Shown here: positions 50,752 through 62,500 of the stretch, piece after piece | Position numbering within the stretch: the first letter of the stretch is position 1 | Layout of the letters: the number at the start of each line of letters is the position of its first letter | Assembly: GCF_001194135.2 (NCBI RefSeq) | Contig: NC_068992.1 | Coordinates: 55,840,751 to 55,904,750, forward strand | Source of the DNA: Octopus bimaculoides | Taxonomy: Eukaryota | Direction: 5' to 3' | Length of the DNA: 64,000 bases | The notes under the pieces: generated by a model | What the model was told of the DNA's origin: nothing | The model's input: only the letters and a program-made list of their open reading frames with translations | The model's database searches: none | Program-made: the position numbers and the translations under genes

Positions 50752-53700
50752 GACATTTTACTTCTTTCAATGACAACAATTTCACCTGATGCTGAAAAAC
50801 TATCAAACAGCAAGCAGAAACTCATGTCCCATTGATGTGCGCAACTAAGTAATGTCTTTTTTTTTATATAATTTTAATATTAAAGAAAATTTTCTATTGA
50901 CTTTTCCTTGGGGAAGGAACTAACGAGGGGGTCATCAAATTCCATGTATCAATAGATATGAAGTTGTGACATAACTTTTACTGATGGATATGAAAACTGT
51001 ACCTGCAGGAGAAATGAAAAAAGTATTGTGAAAGTAGAAAATATCAATTCTAGTATTTTGATGGATAATTAACATCATTACAGTAATGGCCATGAAATTA
51101 AATTATGCAGTCAAATGGTTAAAGGAATAAATGTTTAATAAAAACCTCTCACTATGTTCAGTTTGCATGATTTCCTCAAAGTTTTCAAAACTTTTCGTCT
51201 TTCTCGCCATGACAACTTCACATGCTCCAATATCTGAAAAATGAAAAGCAAACATAGGCCATACTCAATGCAGATCTGAGATTCCCATCGGCAGGCTGCT
51301 GATATCGAATAAAAATGTTACACACTTATGGTATGCAATTTAGTTGCTCCAGTTTTCTGTAGCTACTGGATTTGTTGAATAAACAAACAGATTGGCTGCT
51401 TATCTCTCTGATATTGGTCAAATTATGTAAATATCTCTGATGAGAACTCAATAAGGTTTGAAAATCGATTTAGGCTGTCCATCATTTTGTTTCAATCTAT
51501 AGGGAAATAGTTAAATTTGACCAGTTTGTATGTGTACTGCACAGGTTTAAATATACTTAATTACAACACAAACTCAATAGTTTCTCTATATTCAACTGCA
51601 TGTATGTGTGTGTTTGCGTCTCTCTCTACATATATCCATGTAAGCAGACACAGTGAATACCAAAATGCCAATTAGTTGCTTGTCAAGAACAAAGACAGGT
51701 TTCAATTATGAACTGAAAGGATGGCATCTGCATTCGCAACATGTAGCAATCCACAACAATGAGTGACAGTCTATAACATGAGGCAGTCCACCACATGTGT
51801 CTCTTCGCTACATGTGACAGTCCATTACAATATGTAACAGTTCACTACATGTTAAAGTTCACTATGTGTGACAGCCCAATACTACAAATGAAACTCCACT
51901 ACAACATGTGACTGCAAACAAAGAAGCGATAGATCACTACATGTACCAGTCTAGTAGCATATACAACATCAAACAGAACATGTGACATCTCAGTACATGT
52001 GACAGCCCACTACACTCTCTGACAATCTAGTCAGTATACCACAAGACAGACGCATACTTACGATATGCAAGCGTTTTGTGCCGATGACTCAGGTCCTTGA
52101 GTTCATTTGATACAAAATTCTTCATGGCACCAACCGTGGTCAGAGAATGTCTTTTCTGAAATGAAAACATTGGAATAATTAACCATTAACTATTTTTTTC
52201 TTTTTCACAAATCACATTACAATATATTGGCCATAATCTAGCTATTCCTCTGACAAAAATACTGAGTGGGGCCTTCTTTTTTTTTTTTTTTTTTTTCTAT
52301 GAATTAGTTAACCCTTTAGCATTTAAACCGGCCATATCCAGCCAAAATATTCTCTCTGCTTTATGTTCAAAGTGGCTGGATCCAGCCTCTCACATCAACC
52401 CTACAATGTTAGTCTAAAAAATATACAGTCACTTAATCAAAATCTCAAAGCTACAAGATAATGCAGGATAAACTCAAAAACAATGTGAATAAATAAACAT
52501 TACATTTCACAGAATAATCAGAATGCTAAAGGGTGAAACCAGCTATATCCAACCCAAACATTCTACCTATTTTATGTTCAAACCCACCAAATCCAGCCTC
52601 TCATACCTACCCTACAATGTCTTTCTAAAAATAAACAGTCGCATCATCAAAGTTTTAAAGCTATGAGACAATGCATGGTTAATTCAAGAAAATATTTGAC
52701 AGTAATATGAATGCTAAAGGGTTAAAGAAGAAAGACAGAATCTACAAACTTTTGCAGGATATTCCAAGGCAGAAAAGAGATGAGGTACCCCTAGATTCAT
52801 GAACCAGGTGGTGGTGTTAAACTATGTAATGTATTAAATCTACTTCCCCCAAAAAACAGATACAGTCCATCCAACAGGCTTCCACATAGTTTTTGGTCTA
52901 TTCGAATTCACTCTATAAGGCTTGGACTGACACTGAGTCAATGGTAGAAGACAACTGCACAAAGTGACATGCAGTGAGATTGAAACTGAAACCATGTGAC
53001 TGTGGAGCAAACTCCTTAACCATCATCATCATCATCATTGTTTAATGTCCATTTTCCAGCTTGACATGGGTTGGATAGTTTGACAGGAAACAAACAACAT
53101 TACCTGTATGATGGTGACACTTGTTTACAACTGATGTGCAATGACACAGCAGAGAGACTAACACACACAACACATGCATACATACATGTGTGTGTGTATG
53201 AGTGTGAGAGAGAAAGAGAGAGAGAGAGAGAGATCATCTTTCAGTTTCTGTCTACCAAATCTACTCACAAAGTTTTGGTTGTCCCAGGGCTATAATAGAA
53301 GATACTTGCTCAAGGTGCCACACAAGAAAAGCGTGATAAGTATTCTCAAGTAGTTGCTGTTGTTTATTCCCAAGTCAGTTCTATATATCTATACTGTCTT
53401 TTTAAAGGAATCAATGGCTTACATTATCTAACATATCCTTTTCATATGAAGACAGTGGGGTGTGTGTGATCTGAGGAAGATTTGGCTGCTATTTCTACCA
53501 GATTAAACAACTGAGTAGAAATCCCCTCCAAATCATCAAATTTCTTGGTACTTACACAAAATGATGAAACAAATACTGATTTTCGATAATAATAATAATG
53601 AACTTATTGCATACAGCGCTCATTGCATACACGTGCAGAATTAAATTTGTAAAATTGAATGACTTAAAATGTATAGAATTAAATGATTTCAAAATTTCAA

Positions 53701-56700
53701 TAAAATATCTGCAGCAAATATGAATTCATAAACTAAGATTTGGCAGGCCAACACCTTATCTGTTTTTAAAATTTGTACTTAAAAATATCTCTTGATAATA
53801 TACTCACATCATAACCACTTTGAACTTCTTTCACCTTCCAACTGAGAAACTCAAAAACTGTAGAAAAATGCTTGTTTCTTATTTGGTCATATATCTGCAA
53901 AAATGGATGGAAAATTTTGTTGAAAAACATTTTTTTAAAACAATGGTTTTTGGTAAGCAGTGTCGATGTTTACAATTCTGTAAATAATAATGATAATAAT
54001 AACAATATTTTATAAGCTTAAAGCTTATAAGTGACCACCACGTAATGACTAAAGAAAATAGTCAAATATTGGGGCATATATGCCCCTTGACAGAATAAAG
54101 TAGGGTTTTCTGTAGGCATGGGAAGCAAACCCACAGCTCTTTGTCTTCACAAAAAGAGCTGTGGGGGGAGGGGGGGAGGAGGAGGATTTATTACAGCATT
54201 AACTTCCCAACAAACCAAATCAGCAATTTGGTTTCACTTTCTCGTTAGAACCATTTCTTGTCTTCAATTCCCTTTACAGTACAGTACTCTTGAGAAAGAA
54301 TACTGCATCCTAAGTGATATGAATGTATTTCTCCCACTTTCCTCAATAAGTTACAGGTTTCATGACCTGCAGTCAGTGACTAATATACTTACTTCATCTT
54401 GACTGGACAGCAGTACTCTGGTAGGTTTGTCTTTCCCTGTGATTTCTTTGGTGAACTCTATATAACCTAGATAATACAAACAGAAGACACACAGAATTCA
54501 GAATATGAGATATTATTGGTTTCAAATTTTAGCAAAAGGTCATCAATTTTGGGGGTGGGAATAAGTCAATTACATCAATCTCCAGTGATCAACTGGTACT
54601 CATTTTATTGACCCAGAATGGATGTGCATACACACACACACACCGAGGGTATGGTGAATATATTGTCATCTGAATTACACAAAAATGAAAATAACACTGA
54701 CATCTCATTTTAACAGATATATTTACTAAAATTACATGAAAAATCTTGAAATACTAAAGAGTAAATTTATTCAATAAAATCGTCATTGCTTCAACCATGG
54801 CCTCCAGACGACTTCAAGATCTCCTGCAACTCTTCTGGACAGTCTACATAATAGGATTAAATACCAAATCTTCAGAGGAACATTGTAATTCAGTTCAGAA
54901 TTATATACTAAGTTGTTAGACAGGGGAAACACTGCATGGCACCTTGGGGGCAAGTGTCTTCCACTATAGTTCCAGGCTGACCAAAGCCTTGTGAGTGGAT
55001 GATGTTTTATTTATAACTACCACATAATTTCAAGACAAGACACACACAGATATGATGGGTTTCTTTCAGTTCCCATCTACCAAATCTTCTCACAAGGTTA
55101 AAAACAAAATAGCCATACATTCATTTCATCTTTGTATGACAATGGCAAACTTTAATTCTTTCAAATTTTGGTACAATGGCAGCAATTTCATGGGGAGAAG
55201 TAAATCAATTACATCAAACCCCAGTACTTGAATCATCATCAACACCATCCTGTAATGTCTCTCTTCCATACTGGCATGGCTTGGATGGTTTGACAGAAGC
55301 TGGTAAGCCAGCAGACTGCACCAGGCTCCATTGTCTGCTTTGGCATGGTTTTCCTATGGCTGGATGCCCTTTCTAACACCAACCACTTTACAGAGTGTAC
55401 TGGGTGCTTTCATGTAGAACCAGCACCAGTAGAGTCACCAAGTAACTTGAAAGACAAAGATCTCTCGGCTGGGAGAGGGAGTGGAACTGAGGGAGGTGGT
55501 TTCATGCCAGCAACCCTAAAAAGATGAATAGCAAAGTTGACCTGAGCAGGACTTTAACTCAAGCCAGAACAAATGCTGCTAAGCATTTTGATCAATGCAC
55601 TCATGATTCAGCCAGCTCACTGCCTTTAGCAACAACAACAACAACAATAAAACAATAATTTGTTTTGTATAACTTACCACTTTGTATTCCAAATGTTTCA
55701 TCTAAAATTCCTTCATATGTTAACTGTGAAGAAAGAGGTGTCACAAAATCTACATCTAAAATGAAAGAAAAACAAAGGATAGAAATTATATGAACAAAAC
55801 AGTTCACGCAAAGGGTCTAAAAATATATTCTAGATAAAAAAAATCAATAATGATTTCTTGCCCTTGGTGATGATGATGATCGCCACTGTCTAATGTCTGT
55901 TTTCCATGATGACATGGGTTGGATGGTTTGACAGGAGCTGGCAAGCCAGAGGACTGCACCAAGTTCTGCTGTCTGCCTTGGTATGGTTTCTACAGCTGGA
56001 TGACCTTTCTAATGCCAACCACTTTACAGAGTGTACTGGGTGCTTTTTTACATGGCACCAACACCAGTGAGGTCACCAAATAATTTGCAGGACAAAGAAC
56101 CCTTTAAATAAGAGTGGGGGTAGTATTGAAGAAAGTACTGATGGAGGAGGCTTTGTGTCAAGCAATAGGAGGTTAAAGTATGATAGGAAGACAGAAACAG
56201 GTGTCTTGCCGTAGAGGAGACATATGGTTTCCCCAGTTGGAAAAAGAGAGAAGAGAGGAGAAGGAGAGAGAGAGAACATGGTGGTGAAGATGTGTAGGGC
56301 ATACGAAGCAGTACAAAATAAAATATAAATATATACCTCTGTCTATGATAAACAGCTTTCCAATCTCAAAATTCTCGTCTTCAGTTTTCTGATGATATTC
56401 TGTCATTGCTAACATCATTTCATGTATTTTCTAGCCATGAAAATATGAGAAACAGAAAAAGAAGAAAAGAACATTAAANNNNNNNNNNNNNNNNNNNNNN
56501 NNNNNNNNNNNNNNNNNNNNNNNNNNNNNNNNNNNNNNNNNNNNNNNNNNNNNNNNNNNNNNNNNNNNNNNNNNNNNNNNNNNNNNNNNNNNNNNNNNNN
56601 NNNNNNNNNNNNNNNNNNNNNNNNNNNNNNNNNNNNNNNNNNNNNNNNNNNNNNNNNNNNNNNNNNNNNNNNNNNNNNNNNNNNNNNNNNNNNNNNNNNN

Positions 56701-56776
56701 NNNNNNNNNNNNNNNNNNNNNNNNNNNNNNNNNNNATTTTCCCTGTAAGTTTTGGAATTGTATTCCCTAATATTAT

Positions 56777-56810
<34 letters not shown>

Positions 56811-57916
56811 CAAGCTTATTTCAGTTTCCATCTATCAAATCCACACAGAAAGCTTTAATCAGCCCAAGGCTATAACATAAGACCCAAGGTACCACATGCA
56901 GTGGGACTGAACTTGGAACCATGTGGTTGGGAAGCAAACTTCTTATCACACAACACACCTGTGCCTACAAAGCAGATAAGAAGAGGTCCTGGCAACTAAA
57001 TAAATATATAAATAAAAGAAAGGATTAAGGGATTTTTTTCCTGGAATCTTATTTTTTTTAATATAATCAAATAGTCTGAAAGAAGTAAAATAATTTCATT
57101 TACCTTAGCTGCTCTTCCAATACCACAGACAAATGGTATTTGTCTATATACTGACTGGAAATGAACCAATGACTTCGCAACAGTATTCAACCAGGTATAA
57201 TCATTATGCTGAAACACAAATCATTTCTTAATTACACAAATGTATTGGATTCTTTTTACTTTTATTTTTGTTGTTGTTGTTGTAGTGATTGGAGAAGAAT
57301 GAGATAATTATAGATTTTTGTATCGTATTTTTCAGCAGAGTGGTTGGTGTTAGGAAAGGCATCCAGCCATAAAACCCATGCCAAAACAGACACAGAAGCA
57401 TGGTACAGGCTCCTGCCTGGTCAGCTCTTGTTAAACCATGCAACCCATGCCAGCATGGAAGGAGGACATTAAACAATGATGATGATGATGAAATCAGTGA
57501 AGTATATAGTGCAAACAACTGGTTGTAAACATTCAAACATCATTACTATCTTTCTGGATCCTCCAAAGTCATTTTGGTGTATAAAGTTGACATAGCTTTT
57601 GAGCTGTAAATTTCGGTCTGATAAATTTGACTTGAATGTCAGAAAATACAGTGTGTGTAATAGCAGTTCAGAGAGAATGTCTGAGAAAGGAGGCTGAGAA
57701 GAGGCAAAGCTGACTGCAGTGGAATCTGAACTCAGAAATAAAGCCAGAAATAATTCCATTTTGCATGGTGAGCTAATGATTCTACTAGCTTACTGCTTAA
57801 ATAGCAACAATGACGAAAATAATAATGATGAACAATTGGATATGTCTGCATATGTACATCACATATATGTGCGTGCATGAGAGAGAGAGAGAGAGAGAGA
57901 GAGAGTGTGTGTGTGT

Positions 57917-57953
<37 letters not shown>

Positions 57954-59521
57954 ATTTCTGTAGTGTGAATTTGAAGTTAATGATGTCTTGTATCTTTTAA
58001 GAAATTGTATTCAATTCAACACTTACTAAATAAAATCTTGGCAGGAAATCGGATAATTCCAAAGACAGAACATCTCGGTCAAGTGGTATTAAATCTAAAA
58101 TGAACTCTTCCACAGTAACATAGCCATATACTCCTTCTCTCTCCANNNNNNNNNNNNNNNNNNNNNNNNNNNNNNNNNNNNNNNNNNNNNNNNNNNNNNN
58201 NNNNNNNNNNNNNNNNNNNNNNNNNNNNNNNNNNNNNNNNNNNNNNNNNNNNNNNNNNNNNNNNNNNNNNNNNNNNNNNNNNNNNNNNNNNNNNNNNNNN
58301 NNNNNNNNNNNNNNNNNNNNNNNNNNNNNNNNNNNNNNNNNNNNNNNNNNNNNNNNNNNNNNNNNNNNNNNNNNNNNNNNNNNNNNNNNNNNNNNNNNNN
58401 NNNNNNNNNNNNNNNNNNNNNNNNNNNNNNNNNNNNNNNNNNNNNNNNNNNNNNNNNNNNNNNNNNNNNNNNNNNNNNNNNNNNNNNNNNNNNNNNNNNN
58501 NNNNNNNNNNNNNNNNNNNNNNNNNNNNNNNNNNNNNNNNNNNNNNNNNNNNNNNNNNNNNNNNNNNNNNNNNNNNNNNNNNNNNNNNNNNNNNNNNNNN
58601 NNNNNNNNNNNNNNNNNNNNNNNNNNNNNNNNNNNNNNNNNNNNNNNNNNNNNNNNNNNNNNNNNNNNNNNNNNNNNNNNNNNNNNNNNNNNNNNNNNNN
58701 NNNNNNNNNNNNNNNNNNNNNNNNNGGGAAAATTGTTTCCATTTTATTTTTTTAATAGTAACAGCAGTTGGGCACCATCTGTGAGAAAAACAGAACCATG
58801 ACACAATTCACTCTGCCAGAAATTTGGAAATGACATGCTGTACTGCTTGGCATTCGCGCCGGAAGCTCCAATATGAACATTTCAAAGTGTTTGGGTGTCA
58901 ATCTGAGGACAGTGCATGTACCGAGAGTGATAAAAATCAAACATCCAGTCAACATCATGTTGTTTGGAGTGATCACTAGTGATGGCGTCGTTATACCTCC
59001 ATTTATCTTTCCACACGGCCTCAGACTCAATACAGAGGCCTACATCAAGTGCCTGCAGGAGGTAGTCTTGCTCTGGGTCAAGAGGGTGGCTGTTGGAAGA
59101 CCCTATGTCTGGCAACAGTACTCTGTACCATGCCACACAAGCAGGGGAACCCAGTCATGGCTGTCAGACAATTCCTGTAACCACATCACCCCCTAACATT
59201 TGACCACCTAACTCCTCAGACTGCAATGAGACCAACAAAACTCCCTGTGACACCAAAGATGAACTGAAGGCAAGGATTATGGCAGCATTCACCAACTTAA
59301 ACAAGGAGACTGTCCAGAAGAGTTGCAGGAGATTCCAAAGTTATCTGGAAGCCATAGCTGAAGCCAATGGCGATTTTATTGAATAAATTTACTCTTTAGT
59401 ATTTCAAGATATTTTTATACAATTTTGGTAAATATATCTGTTAAAATGAGATGTCATTGTTATTTTCATTTTTGTATAATTTACACAACAGTTTATTCAC
59501 CGCACCCTGTATATATGTATA

Positions 59522-59559
<38 letters not shown>

Positions 59560-62500
59560 CAAACATAGTTTATAAATCCAATATAGGTAGAATCAACAAA
59601 AAAGTACTCCNNNNNNNNNNTTTATAAATCCAATATAGGTAGAATCAACAAAAAAGTACTCCATCCACTGAGAGATAAACATCAATTTAATACATAACCA
59701 AAAGAGCTACTAATAGTTTCATGCTTTTAGGATACTTTTACTAGGCATATTTATTATAAAATACACCATGTATCTCCAAGCAATCTTTCAGGCTCTGTAT
59801 ATCCATTATGAAAAAAAAAAAATGAGAAGAAAAACACGAAGAAGGTTGATGCAAAAAATGGAATGAGAGGAAAGAAACGAAAGCAAGAAAACTAAGATTC
59901 CTGTCCTTCTTGATTGCAGAAACCACGATTAATGCAGCTGGTACAGAACAAAATTGCAGAAAATATGTCAAAGTCTACAAGATAGCAAAATTGGAAACTA
60001 TAGTTCTTATTATCTTTCTTCTACTTCACCTCCTCCTTTTTCTTTGCCTTCTTTAAATGGTCACAGCCAAGTGCATGTAGCTTAATGAAGATCAGTTTAG
60101 AATGGGTTAGATACATTTCATGTATCTGTTACTTTTTTTTGTTTTGTTTTGTTTTTGTTATTGTGGTCTCAAAACCATGTCATGAGATTTATTACTGATA
60201 AACACCTGCCAGAGTTGAAATAACCAAAATTATTCATATTGACATAACTCTAACGAACTTGTTTTTAATGAAGTTGAAAGCAACTCCTTGAAACTGTTTG
60301 GTCATGTCAAGCATTGAACTAGTGATCTTTCTAAGATCTGTATAGAGGATGTGATATTTATGATACCTGGAAAGAGAAGCTGAGGACACCCAACCTCACC
60401 CAAAGGCAGATGGAGAGATGGACCAGATCCTAAAATGGTCTCAATGTCAATCAGAGTCTGAGCTCAACACAATGGCAGTGACCTCAGACTGGTTGATTCA
60501 ACCTCATTTCGGAAGTGACACAAGTATGTGACATTGACAATCCTTTAAAATGATCAAATAAGCATTTGTCACTTCCAGGAAGATTTCGTTTTTGCCTAGC
60601 TCTGAAGTATATTGTTTTTAGACACAGTATGTATAAAAAGAAGTTTTTTTTCCTGAACAAAAAACTGCATCTTTTGGTTCTTTAACAATACAATAACATT
60701 AAGTATATTATATAGATAAAGATTTTTCTCTAGAGTTGGTGCTATTGCATAATTTGAATTTTATTCAGCCTTAGCAGCATCACTGCAAACCAGTGTATAC
60801 TTTACACAGTGTCTCTATATACTTCAGACTGGTTGATTCAGCCTAATTTCAGAAGTGATAGAAGTGACATTGACAAGCTACAGCAACAGTGAAATGCACA
60901 TCTGTCACTCTAGTGGTCATTTTTGAGAAGATTTTGTTTTGTCTCTCTGAAGTACATTGTGTTTTTCAATATAATACATCTATAAAGAGATTTTTCTCCT
61001 GGATGAAGAAAAACCGCAGCTTCTGGTTTCTCAACAAAAAACATGGGTTAATTACGTTATATAGACAAAGATGTTCCTGATATTTTGTATTCAGCTGAAA
61101 GCGAGAATAAGATTAAAGACAAGCTCCTAAAATCTGCCAATCAGATACAACAGTATCACATATAAACAGAAAGTTCTAATGCTCTTGCTATATATATATA
61201 TAATACAAAATGGGACAAGAACGCAAAACATCCAGACAGTTAAGTGATACAAGAAAGGGACAACAAAACATCCAGATAGACGATACAAAAGAAACAAGGA
61301 CAGGTCATTTGGAGTTTTCTTTCATCAGTCAAGTTCCAGATTATCTTTACAATTTCGGCTGGTTATTCTTGATATTGCTCCAATTTGGCCAGCCCCAAGG
61401 AAAAACTAAGCTATGAGCATTAGATTCCTTGGAAGAAAGCAGCGAATGTATACAAAAACAAGGATGGAAAAAAACGAACAATGTTACACAAATACAATAT
61501 ATATATGAGTGGTTGGCGTTAGGAAGGGCATCCAGCTGTAGAAACTCTGCCAAATTAGATTGGAGCCTGGTGTAGCCATCCGGTTGCACCAGTCCTCAGT
61601 CAAATCGTCCAACCCATGCTGGCATGGAAAGCGGACGTTAAACGATGATGATGATGATGATATATATATATATATATATATATCAATATCTATAAAAGAT
61701 ATATATATATATATATATATATTGACAAATTCATTCCAATCAGATGTAAATACTTACTTTACGAGGTGTCATTAATATTCGATATGTCCTTTTCTGCTCT
61801 AAACTTCTCTCACAATTGATTTGCCTTGCAATATGCTCCATCATTTCAATTCGTGGACGAACAATGTACAGCCGCCTGAAGTAAATAGGTAAATAATAAG
61901 GCTGTAGTCAATTATATTAAGCCAGGTACTTCAACAGGTACTTATTTTATTGTAGTGTATCACAAGTGATATAGACACACACACTCTCGAGGATATCATA
62001 CATGTGCGTGTGTGTGTGTGTGTATATAATCAATCCAAACATGATCAAGCAAAAAAAAAAACACGAAAAAACAACAACACGAGGACGTGGAATAAGTACA
62101 GTGTTATTGGACGGTCAGGAAAGGAAAGAAAAGACAGAGGATTTCACGTTTCGAGCATATATATATATAATATAGGTGCAGGCATGTTGATGTAATTAAC
62201 TTAATCCCACCCCTAAAACTGCTGACCTTAAATCAGCCTTAATGATTATATCATTTGTCATTAGTCAATATCAGTCATTGAAGAATTATATTTTTTACTT
62301 TTATTCTATATCTGTTTCAAAGAATTAAATGATTTCACCCACATCACAATATTTCCCCTATGGAAGCTAAACAAGATAATGTAATTGATAATATAATTAA
62401 TAATGTAATAAAATGTAAGCGCAAATGTTAATTACATGAAGGGGAAAAAAGAAGAAAAATGATATTTACTGGTTACATCCAGGCAATGCTTTTTGTGTAA

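Noticed and set aside
59569-59662. Exact 42-bp direct repeat
   Set aside because: The copies flank a 10-N gap, so this is almost certainly a contig-overlap artefact.
61330-61355. CTGATGA...GAAAA on the minus strand in a PLE-like repeat
   Set aside because: There is no stem II or stem III pairing, so it cannot be folded as a hammerhead.
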